Source: Auanema rhodensis
Taxonomy: Eukaryota > Animalia > Nematoda
Length of the DNA stretch: 64,000 nt
NCBI GenBank assembly: GCA_964057225.1
Contig: OZ059900.1
Span: 2,170,001-2,234,000, forward strand
Direction of reading: 5' to 3'
How positions within the stretch are numbered: position 1 is the first letter of the stretch; every line of letters starts with the position of its first letter. The position numbers were made by a program, and so were the translations under genes. The notes below the pieces were generated by a model that did not search any database, had not been told where the DNA came from, and worked only from the letters and a program-made list of their open reading frames with translations. Below, piece by piece: positions 9,901 through 24,900 of this stretch.

Positions 9901-12863
9901 AAGAATTTTTGAAATTTCCGAGTTTTGAGTCCAATTTGGCTAAATCGCTCATATATATGATCAAAAGCATAGTTTTATTGTCTATAACAACAAAAGTCAT
10001 CAATTAAACGCTAGTGATGTTTAAATACTGAATTTCGCTCAAATAGCATTACTACACTAAGTATGGTCGTTTTTATGCCTTTAACACCATATACTCACCG
10101 ATTTTTGGTACAAAATCTGTAATACTCGTAAATTTTGATCATATTCGGTGAGATTCGAGAATCGAACACACAATACACGAAATAAGTCTATTTTTACGAG
10201 TTTGCACTGATATTTATTCATTTTGATCAAAAAAGGTCGAAAATAGAAAGAATTTTTGAAATTTCCGAGTTTTGAGTCTAATTTGGCTAAATCGCTCATA
10301 TATATGATCAAAAGCATAGTTTTACTGTCTATGATAACAAAAATCTTCAAATATACACTAATAATGTGTAAATCACTGAATTTCACTCAAATAGCTTTAC
10401 TACACTAAGTATGGTCGTTTTTATGCCTTTAACACCATATACTCACCGATTTTTGGTACAAAATCTGTAATACTCGTAAATTTTGATCATATTCGTTAAG
10501 ATTCGAGAATCAAACACACAATACACGAAATAAGTTTATTTTGACGAGTTTGCACTGGTATTTATTCATTTTGATCAAAAAAGGTCGAAAATAGAAAGAA
10601 TTTTTGAATTTTCCGAGTTTTGAGTCCAATTGGGCTAAATCGCTCATATATATGATCAAAAGCATAGTTTTACTGTCTATGATAACAAACGTCTTCAAAT
10701 ATACACTAATAATGTGTAAATCACTGAATTTCACTCAAATAGCTTTACTACACTAAGTATGGTCGTTTTTATGCCTTTAACACCATATACTCACCGATTT
10801 TTGGTACAAAATCTGTAATACTCGTAAATTTCGATCATATTCGTTAAGATTCGAGAATCAAACACACAATACACGAAATAAGTTTATTTTTACGAATTTG
10901 CACTGATATTTATTCATTTTGATCAAAAAAGGTCGAAAATAGAAAGAATTTTTTAATTTTCCGAGTTTTGAGTCCAATTGGGCTAAATCGCTCATATATA
11001 TGATCAAAAGCATAGTTTCACTGTCTATGATAACAAAAGTCTTCAAATATACACTAGTAATGATTAAATCACTGAATTTCACTCAAATAGCATTACTACA
11101 CTAAGTATGGTCGTTTTTATGCCTTTAACACCATATACTCACCGATTTTTGGTACAAAATCTGTAATACTTGTAAATTTTGATCATATTTGTTAAGATTC
11201 GAGAATCAAACACACAATACACGAAATAAGTTTATTTTTACGAATTTGCACTGATATTTATTCATTTTGATCAAAAAAGGTCGAAAATAGAAAGAATTTT
11301 TTAATTTTCCGAGTTTTGAGTCCAATTGGGCTAAATCGCTCATATATATGATCAAAAGCATAGTTTTATTGTCTATGACAACAAAAGTCATCAATTAAAT
11401 GCTAGTGATGTTTAAATACTGAATTTCGCTCAAATAGCATTACTACACTAAGTATGGTCGTTTTTATGCCTTTAACACCATATACTCACCGATTTTTGGT
11501 ACAAAATCTGTAATACTCGTAAATTTTGATCATATTCGGTGAGATTCGAGAATCAAACACACAATACACGAAATAAGTTTATTTTTACGAGTTTGCACTG
11601 ATATTTATTCATTTTGATCAAAAAAGGTCGAAAATAGAAAGAATTTTTGAAATTTCCGAGTTTTGAGTCTAATTTGGCTAAATCGCTCATATATATGATC
11701 AAAAGCATAGTTTTACTGTCTATGATAACAAAAGTCTTCAAATATACACTAATAATGATTAAATCACTGATTTTCAGTCAAATAGCATTACTACACTAAG
11801 TATGGTCGTTTTTATGCCTTTAACACCATATACTCACCGATTTTTGGTACAAAATCTGTAATACTTGTAAATTTTGATCATATTTGTTAAGATTCGAGAA
11901 TCAAACACATAATACACGAAATAAGTCTATTTTTACAAGTTTGCACTGATATTTATTCATTTTGATCAAAAAAGGTCGAAAATAGAAAAAATTTTTGAAA
12001 TTTCCGAGTTTTGAGTCCAATTGGGCTAAATCGCTCATATATATGATCAAAAGCATAGTTTTACTGTCTATGATAACAAACGTCTTCAAATATACACTAA
12101 TAATGTGTAAATCACTGAATTTCACTCAAATAGCTTTACTACACTAAGTATGGTCGTTTTTATGCCTTTAACACCATATACTCACCGATTTTTGGTACAA
12201 AATCTGTAATACTCGTAAATTTCGATCATATTCGTTAAGATTCGAGAATCAAACACACAATACACGAAATAAGTTTATTTTTACGAATTTGCACTGATAT
12301 TTATTCATTTTGATCAAAAAAGGTCGAAAATAGAAAGAATTTTTTAATTTTCCGAGTTTTGAGTCCAATTGGGCTAAATCGCTCATATATATGATCAAAA
12401 GCATAGTTTCACTGTCTATGATAACAAAAGTCTTCAAATATACACTAGTAATGATTAAATCACTGAATTTCACTCAAATAGCATTACTACACTAAGTATG
12501 GTCGTTTTTATGCCTTTAACACCATATACTCACCGATTTTTGGTACAAAATCTGTAATACTTGTAAATTTTGATCATATTTGTTAAGATTCGAGAATCAA
12601 ACACATAATACACGAAATAAGTCTATTTTTACAAGTTTGCACTGATATTTATTCATTTTGATCAAAAAAAGGTCGAAAATAGAAAAATTTTTTGAAATTT
12701 CCGAGTTTTGAGTCCAATTTGGCTAAATCGCTCATATATATGATCAAAAGCATAGTTTTATTGTCTATGACAACAAAAGTCATCAATTAAATGCTAGTGA
12801 TGTTTAAATACTGAATTTCGCTCAAATAGCATTACTACACTAAGTATGGTCGTTTTTATGCCT
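6604..12863 (+). repeat. 9-monomer (3130-bp) near-perfect tandem duplication
   Basis: ORFs at 6685, 6951, 7380, 7728, 8076, 8423, 8771 and 9119 recur at +3130 with identical translations. The only difference I noticed is TTCGAACATA (9091) versus TTCGATCATA (12221). Confidence 0.95.
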
Positions 12864-14601
12864 TTAACACCATATACTCACCGATTTTTGGTACAAAATC
12901 TGTAATACTCGTAAATTTTGATCATATTCGGTGAGATTCGAGAATCAAACACACAATACACGAAATAAGTTTATTTTTACGAGTTTGCACTGATATTTAT
13001 TCATTTTGATCAAAAAAGGTCGAAAATAGAAAGAATTTTTGAAATTTCCGAGTTTTGAGTCTAATTTGGCTAAATCGCTCATATATATGATCAAAAGCAT
13101 AGTTTTACTGTCTATGATAACAAAAGTCTTCAAATATACACTAATAATGATTAAATCACTGATTTTCAGTCAAATAGCATTACTACACTAAGTATGGTCG
13201 TTTTTATGCCTTTAACACCATATACTCACCGATTTTTGGTACAAAATCTGTAATACTTGTAAATTTTGATCATATTTGTTAAGATTCGAGAATCAAACAC
13301 ATAATACACGAAATAAGTCTATTTTTACAAGTTTGCACTGATATTTATTCATTTTGATCAAAAAAGGTCGAAAATAGAAAAAATTTTTGAAATTTCCGAG
13401 TTTTGAGTCCAATTTGGCTAAATCGCTCATATATATGATCAAAAGCATAGTTTTACTGTCTATGATAACAAAAGTCTTCAAATATACACTAATAATGATC
13501 AAATCACTGAATTTCACTCAAATAGCATTACTACACTAAGTATGGTCGTTTTTATGCCTTTAACACCATATACTCACCGATTTTTGGTACAAAATCTGTG
13601 ATACTCGTAAATTTTGATCATATTCGTTAAGATTTGAGAATCAAACATACAATACACAAAATCAGTCTATTTTTATGAGCTTGCACTGATATATATTCAT
13701 TTTGATCAAAAAAGGTCGAAAATAGAATGAATTTTTGAAATTTCCGAGTTTTGAGTCTAATTTGGCTAAATCGCTCATATATATGATCAAAAGCATAGTT
13801 TTACTGTCTATGATAACAAAAGTCTTCAAATATACACTAATAATGATTAAATCACTGATTTTCAGTCAAATAGCATTACTACACTAAGTATGGTCGTTTT
13901 TATGCCTTTAACACCATATACTCACCGATTTTTGGTACAAAATCTGTAATACTTGTAAATTTTGATCATATTTGTTAAGATTCGAGAATCAAACACATAA
14001 TACACGAAATAAGTCTATTTTTACAAGTTTGCACTGATATTTATTCATTTTGATCAAAAAAGGTCGAAAATAGAAAAATTTTTTGAAATTTCCGAGTTTT
14101 GAGTCCAATTTGGCTAAATCGCTCATATATAAGATCAAAAGCATAGTTTTATTGTCTATAACAACAAAAGTCATCAATTAAACGCTAGTGATATTTAAAT
14201 ACTGATTTTCGCTCAAGTAGCATTACTACACTAAGTATGGTCGTTTTCATGCCTTTAACACCATATACTCACCGATTTTTGGTACAAAATCTGTAATACT
14301 TGTAAATTTTGATCATATTCGTTAAGATTTGAGAATCGAACATACAATACACAAAATCAGTCTATTTTTATGAGCTTGCACTGATATATATTCATTTTGA
14401 TCAAAAAAGGTCGAAAATAGAAAGAATTTTTGAATTTTCCGAGTTTTGAGTCCAATTTGGCTAAATCGCTCATATATAAGATCAAAAGCATAGTTTTATT
14501 GTCTATAACAACAAAAGTCATCAATTAAACGCTAGTGATATTTAAATACTGATTTTCGCTCAAGTAGCATTACTACACTAAGTATGGTCGTTTTTATGCC
14601 T

Positions 14602-17600
14602 TTAACACCATATACTCACCGATTTTTGGTACAAAATCTGTAATACTTGTAAATTTTGATCATATTCGTTAAGATTTGAGAATCGAACATACAATACACA
14701 AAATCAGTCTATTTTTATGAGCTTGCACTGATATATATTCATTTTGATCAAAAAAGGTCGAAAATAGAAAGAATTTTTGAAATTTCCGAGTTTTGAGTCT
14801 AATTTGGCTAAATCGCTCATATATATGATCAGAAGCATAGTTTTAATGTCTATGACAACAAAAATCATCAATTAAACGCTAGTGATGTTTAAATATTGAT
14901 TTTCGCTCAAATAGCATTACTACACTAAGTATGGTCGTTTTTATGCCTTTAACACCATATACTCACCGATTTTTGGTACAAAATCTGTAATACTCGTAAA
15001 ATTTGATCATATTTGTTAAGATTTGAGAATCAAACACACAATACACAAAATCAGTCTATTTTTATGAGTTTACACTGATATATATTCATTTTCATCAAAA
15101 AAGGTCGAAAATAGAAAGAATTTTTGAATTTTCCGAGTTTTGAGTCGAATTGGGCTAAATCGCTCATATATATGATCAAAAGCATAGTTTTACTGTCTAT
15201 GATAACAAAAGTCTTCAAATATACACTAATAATGATTAAATCACTGAATTTCACTCAAATAGCATTACTACACTAAGTATGGTCGTTTTTATGCCTTTAA
15301 CACCATATACTCACCGATTTTTGGTACAAAATCTGTAATACTTGTAAATTTTGATCATATTTGTTAAGATTCGAGAATCAAACACATAATACACAAAATA
15401 AGTCTATTTTTACAAGTTTGCACTGATATTTATTCATTTTGATCAAAAAAGGTCGAAAATAGAAAGAATTTTTGAAATTTCCGAGTTTTGAGTCCAATTT
15501 GGCTAAATCGCTCATATATATGATCAAAAGCATAGTTTTATTGTCTATAACAACAAAAGTCATCAATTAAACGCTAGTGATGTTTAAATACTGAATTTCG
15601 CTCAAATAGCATTACTACACTAAGTATGGTCGTTTTTATGCCTTTAACACCATATACTCACCGATTTTTGGTACAAAATCTGTAATACTCGTAAATTTTG
15701 ATCATATTCGTTAAGATTTGAGAATCAAACATACAATACACAAAATCAGTCTATTTTTATGAGCTTGCACTGATATATATTCATTTTGATCAAAAAAGGT
15801 CGAAAATAGAAAGAATTTTTGAAATTTCCGAGTTTTGAGTCTAATTTGGCTAAATCGCTCATATATATGATCAAAAGCATAGTTTTATTGTCTATGACAA
15901 CAAAAGTCATCAATTAAATGCTAGTGATGTTTAAATACTGAATTTCGCTCAAATAGCATTACTACACTAAGTATGGTCGTTTTTATGCCTTTAACACCAT
16001 ATACTCACCGATTTTTGGTACAAAATCTGTAATACTCGTAAATTTTGATCATATTCGGTGAGATTCGAGAATCAAACACACAATACACGAAATAAGTTTA
16101 TTTTGACGAGTTTGCACTGGTATTTATTCATTTTGATCAAAAAAGGTCGAAAATAGAAAGAATTTTTGAATTTTCCGAGTTTTGAGTCCAATTGGGCTAA
16201 ATCGCTCATATATATGATCAAAAGCATAGTTTTACTGTCTATGATAACAAACGTCTTCAAATATACACTAATAATGTGTAAATCACTGAATTTCACTCAA
16301 ATAGCTTTACTACACTAAGTATGGTCGTTTTTATGCCTTTAACACCATATACTCACCGATTTTTGGTACAAAATCTGTAATACTCGTAAATTTCGATCAT
16401 ATTCGTTAAGATTCGAGAATCAAACACACAATACACGAAATAAGTTTATTTTTACGAATTTGCACTGATATTTATTCATTTTGATCAAAAAAGGTCGAAA
16501 ATAGAAAGAATTTTTTAATTTTCCGAGTTTTGAGTCCAATTGGGCTAAATCGCTCATATATATGATCAAAAGCATAGTTTCACTGTCTATGATAACAAAA
16601 GTCTTCAAATATACACTAGTAATGATTAAATCACTGAATTTCACTCAAATAGCATTACTACACTAAGTATGGTCGTTTTTATGCCTTTAACACCATATAC
16701 TCACCGATTTTTGGTACAAAATCTGTAATACTTGTAAATTTTGATCATATTTGTTAAGATTCGAGAATCAAACACATAATACACGAAATAAGTCTATTTT
16801 TACAAGTTTGCACTGATATTTATTCATTTTGATCAAAAAAAGGTCGAAAATAGAAAAATTTTTTGAAATTTCCGAGTTTTGAGTCCAATTTGGCTAAATC
16901 GCTCATATATAAGATCAAAAGCATAGTTTTATTGTCTATAACAACAAAAGTCATCAATTAAACGCTAGTGATATTTAAATACTGATTTTCGCTCAAGTAG
17001 CATTACTACACTAAGTATGGTCGTTTTTATGCCTTTAACACCATATACTCACCGATTTTTGGTACAAAATCTGTAATACTTGTAAATTTTGATCATATTC
17101 GTTAAGATTTGAGAATCGAACATACAATACACAAAATCAGTCTATTTTTATGAGCTTGCACTGATATATATTCATTTTGATCAAAAAAGGTCGAAAATAG
17201 AAAGAATTTTTGAAATTTCCGAGTTTTGAGTCTAATTTGGCTAAATCGCTCATATATATGATCAGAAGCATAGTTTTAATGTCTATGACAACAAAAATCA
17301 TCAATTAAACGCTAGTGATGTTTAAATACTGATTTTCGCTCAAATAGCATTACTACACTAAGTATGGTCGTTTTTATGCCTTTAACACCATATACTCACC
17401 GATTTTTGGTACAAAATCTGTAATACTCGTAAAATTTGATCATATTTGTTAAGATTTGAGAATCAAACACACAATACACAAAATCAGTCTATTTTTATGA
17501 GTTTACACTGATATATATTCATTTTCATCAAAAAAGGTCGAAAATAGAAAGAATTTTTGAATTTTCCGAGTTTTGAGTCGAATTGGGATAAATCGCTCAT

Positions 17601-18900
17601 ATATATGATCAAAAGCATAGTTTTACTGTCTATGATAACAAAAGTCTTCAAATATACACTAATAATGATTAAATCACTGAATTTCACTCAAATAGCATTA
17701 CTACACTAAGTATGGTCGTTTTTATGCCTTTAACACCATATACTCACCGATTTTTGGTACAAAATCTGTAATACTTGTAAATTTTGATCATATTTGTTAA
17801 GATTCGAGAATCAAACACATAATACACAAAATAAGTCTATTTTTACAAGTTTGCACTGATATTTATTCATTTTGATCAAAAAAGGTCGAAAATAGAAAGA
17901 ATTTTTGAAATTTCCGAGTTTTGAGTCCAATTTGGCTAAATCGCTCATATATATGATCAAAAGCATAGTTTTATTGTCTATAACAACAAAAGTCATCAAT
18001 TAAACGCTAGTGATGTTTAAATACTGAATTTCGCTCAAATAGCATTACTACACTAAGTATGGTCGTTTTTATGCCTTTAACACCATATACTCACCGATTT
18101 TTGGTACAAAATCTGTAATACTCGTAAATTTTGATCATATTCGTTAAGATTTGAGAATCAAACATACAATACACAAAATCAGTCTATTTTTATGAGCTTG
18201 CACTGATATATATTCATTTTGATCAAAAAAGGTCGAAAATAGAAAGAATTTTTGAAATTTCCGAGTTTTGAGTCTAATTTGGCTAAATCGCTCATATATA
18301 TGATCAAAAGCATAGTTTTATTGTCTATGACAACAAAAGTCATCAATTAAATGCTAGTGATGTTTAAATACTGAATTTCGCTCAAATAGCATTACTACAC
18401 TAAGTATGGTCGTTTTTATGCCTTTAACACCATATACTCACCGATTTTTGGTACAAAATCTGTAATACTCGTAAATTTTGATCATATTCGGTGAGATTCG
18501 AGAATCAAACAAACAATACACGAAATAAGTTTATTTTGACGAGTTTGCACTGGTATTTATTCATTTTGATCAAAAAAGGTCGAAAATAGAAAGAATTTTT
18601 GAATTTTCCGAGTTTTGAGTCCAATTGGGCTAAATCGCTCATATATATGATCAAAAACATAGTTTTACTGTCTATGATAACAAAAGTCTTCAAATATACA
18701 CTAATAATGTGTAAATCACTGAATTTCACTCAAATAGCTTTACTACACTAAGTATGGTCGTTTTTATGCCTTTAACACCATATACTCACCGATTTTTGGT
18801 ACAAAATCTGTAATACTCGTAAATTTCGATCATATTCGTTAAGATTCGAGAATCAAACACACAATACACGAAATAAGTTTATTTTTACGAGTTTGCACTG
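14602..18900 (+). repeat. 7-monomer higher-order repeat (2433-bp period), ~1.7 copies
   Basis: ORF variants 15051/17484, 15378/17811 and 16072/18505 are offset by 2433. The same monomer type starts at 14602 and 17035. Confidence 0.9.
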
Positions 18901-21900
18901 ATATTTATTCATTTTGATCAAAAAAGGTCGAAAATAGAAAGAATTTTTGAAATTTCCGAGTTTTGAGTCCAATTTGGCTAAATCGCTCATATATATGATC
19001 AAAAGCATAGTTTTATTGTCTATAACAACAAAAGTCATCAATTAAACGCTAGTGATGTTTAAATACTGAATTTCGCTCAAATAGCATTACTACACTAAGT
19101 ATGGTCGTTTTTATGCCTTTAACACCATATACTCACCGATTTTTGGTACAAAATCTGTAATACTCGTAAATTTTGATCATATTCGTTAAGATTTGAGAAT
19201 CAAACATACAATACACAAAATCAGTCTATTTTTATGAGCTTGCACTGATATATATTCATTTTGATCAAAAAAGGTCGAAAATAGAAAGAATTTTTGAAAT
19301 TTCCGAGTTTTGAGTCTAATTTGGCTAAATCGCTCATATATATGATCAAAAGCATAGTTTTATTGTCTATGACAACAAAAGTCATCAATTAAATGCTAGT
19401 GATGTTTAAATACTGAATTTCGCTCAAATAGCATTACTACACTAAGTATGGTCGTTTTTATGCCTTTAACACCATATACTCACCGATTTTTGGTACAAAA
19501 TCTGTAATACTCGTAAATTTTGATCATATTCGGTGAGATTCGAGAATCAAACACACAATACACGAAATAAGTTTATTTTGACGAGTTTGCACTGGTATTT
19601 ATTCATTTTGATCAAAAAAGGTCGAAAATAGAAAGAATTTTTGAATTTTCCGAGTTTTGAGTCCAATTGGGCTAAATCGCTCATATATATGATCAAAAGC
19701 ATAGTTTTACTGTCTATGATAACAAAAGTCTTCAAATATACACTAATAATGTGTAAATCACTGAATTTCACTCAAATAGCTTTACTACACTAAGTATGGT
19801 CGTTTTTATGCCTTTAACACCATATACTCACCGATTTTTGGTACAAAATCTGTAATACTCGTAAATTTCGATCATATTCGTTAAGATTCGAGAATCAAAC
19901 ACACAATACACGAAATAAGTTTATTTTTACGAGTTTGCACTGATATTTATTCATTTTGATCAAAAAAGGTCGAAAATAGAAAGAATTTTTGAATTTTCCG
20001 AGTTTTGAGTCCAATTGGGCTAAATCGCTCATATATATGATCAAAAGCATAGTTTCACTGTCTATGATAACAAAAGTCTTCAAATATACACTAGTAATGA
20101 TTAAATCACTGAATTTCACTCAAATAGCATTACTACACTAAGTATGGTCGTTTTTATGCCTTTAACACCATATACTCACCGATTTTTGGTACAAAATCTG
20201 TAATACTTGTAAATTTTGATCATATTTGTTAAGATTCGAGAATCAAACACATAATACACGAAATAAGTCTATTTTTACAAGTTTGCACTGATATTTATTC
20301 ATTTTGATCAAAAAAAGGTCGAAAATAGAAAAATTTTTTGAAATTTCCGAGTTTTGAGTCCAATTTGGCTAAATCGCTCATATATAAGATCAAAAGCATA
20401 GTTTTATTGTCTATAACAACAAAAGTCATCAATTAAACGCTAGTGATATTTAAATACTGATTTTCGCTCAAGTAGCATTACTACACTAAGTATGGTCGTT
20501 TTTATGCCTTTAACACCATATACTCACCGATTTTTGGTACAAAATCTGTAATACTTGTAAATTTTGATCATATTCGTTAAGATTTGAGAATCGAACATAC
20601 AATACACAAAATCAGTCTATTTTTATGAGCTTGCACTGATATATATTCATTTTGATCAAAAAAGGTCGAAAATAGAAAGAATTTTTGAAATTTCCGAGTT
20701 TTGAGTCTAATTTGGCTAAATCGCTCATATATATGATCAGAAGCATAGTTTTAATGTCTATGACAACAAAAATCATCAATTAAACGCTAGTGATGTTTAA
20801 ATACTGATTTTCGCTCAAATAGCATTACTACACTAAGTATGGTCGTTTTTATGCCTTTAACACCATATACTCACCGATTTTTGGTACAAAATCTGTAATA
20901 CTCGTAAAATTTGATCATATTTGTTAAGATTTGAGAATCAAACACACAATACACGAAATAAGTTTATTTTGACGAGTTTGCACTGGTATTTATTCATTTT
21001 GATCAAAAAAGGTCGAAAATAGAAAGAATTTTTGAATTTTCCGAGTTTTGAGTCCAATTGGGCTAAATCGCTCATATATATGATCAAAAGCATAGTTTTA
21101 CTGTCTATGATAACAAAAGTCTTCAAATATACACTAATAATGATTAAATCACTGAATTTCACTCAAATAGCATTACTACACTAAGTATGGTCGTTTTCAT
21201 GCCTTTAACACCATATACTCACCGATTTTTGGTACAAAATCTGTAATACTCGTAAATTTTGATCATATTCGGTGAGATTCGAGAATCAAACACACAATAC
21301 ACGAAATAAGTTTATTTTGACGAGTTTGCACTGGTATTTATTCATTTTGATCAAAAAAGGTCGAAAATAGAAAGAATTTTTGAATTTTCCGAGTTTTGAG
21401 TCCAATTGGGCTAAATCGCTAATATATATGATCAAAAGCATAGTTTTACTGTCTATGATAACAAAAGTCTTCAAATATACACTAATAATGTGTAAATCAC
21501 TGAATTTCACTCAAATAGCTTTACTACACTAAGTATGGTCGTTTTTATGCCTTTAACACCATATACTCACCGATTTTTGGTACAAAATCTGTAATACTCG
21601 TAAATTTCGATCATATTCGTTAAGATTCGAGAATCAAACACACAATACACGAAATAAATTTATTTTTACGAGTTTGCACTGATATTTATTCATTTTGATC
21701 AAAAAAGGTCGAAAATAGAAAGAATTTTTGAATTTTCCGAGTTTTGAGTCCAATTGGGCTAAATCGCTCATATATATGATCAAAAGCATAGTTTCACTGT
21801 CTATGATAACAAAAGTCTTCAAATATACACTAGTAATGATTAAATCACTGAATTTCACTCAAATAGCATTACTACACTAAGTATGGTCGTTTTTATGCCT

Positions 21901-24900
21901 TTAACACCATATACTCACCGATTTTTGGTACAAAATCTGTAATACTTGTAAATTTTGATCATATTTGTTAAGATTCGAGAATCAAACACATAATACACGA
22001 AATAAGTCTATTTTTACGAGTTTGCACTGATATTTATTCATTTTGATCAAAAAAGGTCGAAAATAGAAAGAATTTTTGAAATTTCCGAGTTTTGAGTCCA
22101 ATTTGGCTAAATCGCTCATATATATGATCAAAAGCATAGTTTTATTGTCTATAACAACAAAAGTCATCAATTAAACGCTAGTGATGTTTAAATACTGAAT
22201 TTCGCTCAAATAGCATTACTACACTAAGTATGGTCGTTTTTATGCCTTTAACACCATATACTCACCGATTTTTGGTACAAAATCTGTAATACTCGTAAAT
22301 TTTGATCATATTCGTTAAGATTTGAGAATCAAACATACAATACACAAAATCAGTCTATTTTTATGAGCTTGCACTGATATATATTCATTTTGATCAAAAA
22401 AGGTCGAAAATAGAAAGAATTTTTGAAATTTCCGAGTTTTGAGTCTAATTTGGCTAAATCGCTCATATATATGATCAAAAGCATAGTTTTATTGTCTATG
22501 ACAACAAAAGTCATCAATTAAATGCTAGTGATGTTTAAATACTGAATTTCGCTCAAATAGCATTACTACACTAAGTATGGTCGTTTTTATGCCTTTAACA
22601 CCATATACTCACCGATTTTTGGTACAAAATCTGTAATACTCGTAAATTTTGATCATATTCGGTGAGATTCGAGAATCAAACACACAATACACGAAATAAG
22701 TTTATTTTTACGAGTTTGCACTGATATTTATTCATTTTGATCAAAAAAGGTCGAAAATAGAAAGAATTTTTGAAATTTCCGAGTTTTGAGTCTAATTTGG
22801 CTAAATCGCTCATATATATGATCAAAAGCATAGTTTTACTGTCTATGATAACAAAAGTCTTCAAATATACACTAATAATGATTAAATCACTGATTTTCAG
22901 TCAAATAGCATTACTACACTAAGTATGGTCGTTTTTATGCCTTTAACACCATATACTCACCGATTTTTGGTACAAAATCTGTAATACTTGTAAATTTTGA
23001 TCATATTTGTTAAGATTCGAGAATCAAACACATAATACACGAAATAAGTCTATTTTTACAAGTTTGCACTGATATTTATTCATTTTGATCAAAAAAGGTC
23101 GAAAATAGAAAAAATTTTTGAAATTTCCGAGTTTTGAGTCCAATTTGGCTAAATCGCTCATATATATGATCAAAAGCATAGTTTTACTGTCTATGATAAC
23201 AAAAGTCTTCAAATATACACTAATAATGATCAAATCACTGAATTTCACTCAAATAGCATTACTACACTAAGTATGGTCGTTTTTATGCCTTTAACACCAT
23301 ATACTCACCGATTTTTGGTACAAAATCTGTAATACTTGTAAATTTTGATCATATTTGTTAAGATTCGAGAATCAAACACATAATACACGAAATAAGTCTA
23401 TTTTTACAAGTTTGCACTGATATTTATTCATTTTGATCAAAAAAGGTCGAAAATAGAAAAAATTTTTGAAATTTCCGAGTTTTGAGTCCAATTTGGCTAA
23501 ATCGCTCATATATAAGATCAAAAGCATAGTTTTATTGTCTATAACAACAAAAGTCATCAATTAAACGCTAGTGATATTTAAATACTGATTTTCGCTCAAG
23601 TAGCATTACTACACTAAGTATGGTCGTTTTCATGCCTTTAACACCATATACTCACCGATTTTTGGTACAAAATCTGTAATACTTGTAAATTTTGATCATA
23701 TTCGTTAAGATTTGAGAATCGAACATACAATACACAAAATCAGTCTATTTTTATGAGCTTGCACTGATATATATTCATTTTGATCAAAAAAGGTCGAAAA
23801 TAGAAAGAATTTTTGAAATTTCCGAGTTTTGAGTCTAATTTGGCTAAATCGCTCATATATATGATCAGAAGCATAGTTTTAATGTCTATGACAACAAAAA
23901 TCATCAATTAAACGCTAGTGATGTTTAAATACTGATTTTCGCTCAAATAGCATTACTACACTAAGTATGGTCGTTTTTATGCCTTTAACACCATATACTC
24001 ACCGATTTTTGGTACAAAATCTGTAATACTCGTAAATTTTGATCATATTCGGTGAGATTCGAGAATCAAACACACAATACACGAAATAAGTTTATTTTGA
24101 CGAGTTTGCACTGGTATTTATTCATTTTGATCAAAAAAGGTCGAAAATAGAAAGAATTTTTGAATTTTCCGAGTTTTGAGTCGAATTGGGCTAAATCGCT
24201 CATATATATGATCAAAAGCATAGTTTTACTGTCTATGATAACAAAAGTCTTCAAATATACACTAATAATGATTAAATCACTGAATTTCACTCAAATAGCA
24301 TTACTACACTAAGTATGGTCGTTTTTATGCCTTTAACACCATATACTCACCGATTTTTGGTACAAAATCTGTAATACTCGTAAATTTCGATCATATTCGT
24401 TAAGATTCGAGAATCAAACACACAATACACGAAATAAGTTTATTTTGACGAATTTGCACTGATATTTATTCATTTTAATCAAAAAAGGTCGAAAATAGAA
24501 AGAATTTTTTAATTTTCCGAGTTTTGAGTCCAATTGGGCTAAATCGCTCATATATATGATCAAAAGCATAGTTTCACTGTCTATGATAACAAAAGTCTTC
24601 AAATATACACTAGTAATGATTAAATCACTGAATTTCACTCAAATAGCATTACTACACTAAGTATGGTCGTTTTTATGCCTTTAACACCATATACTCACCG
24701 ATTTTTGGTACAAAATCTGTAATACTTGTAAATTTTGATCATATTTGTTAAGATTCGAGAATCAAACACATAATACACGAAATAAGTCTATTTTTACAAG
24801 TTTGCACTGATATTTATTCATTTTGATCAAAAAAAGGTCGAAAATAGAAAAATTTTTTGAAATTTCCGAGTTTTGAGTCCAATTTGGCTAAATCGCTCAT

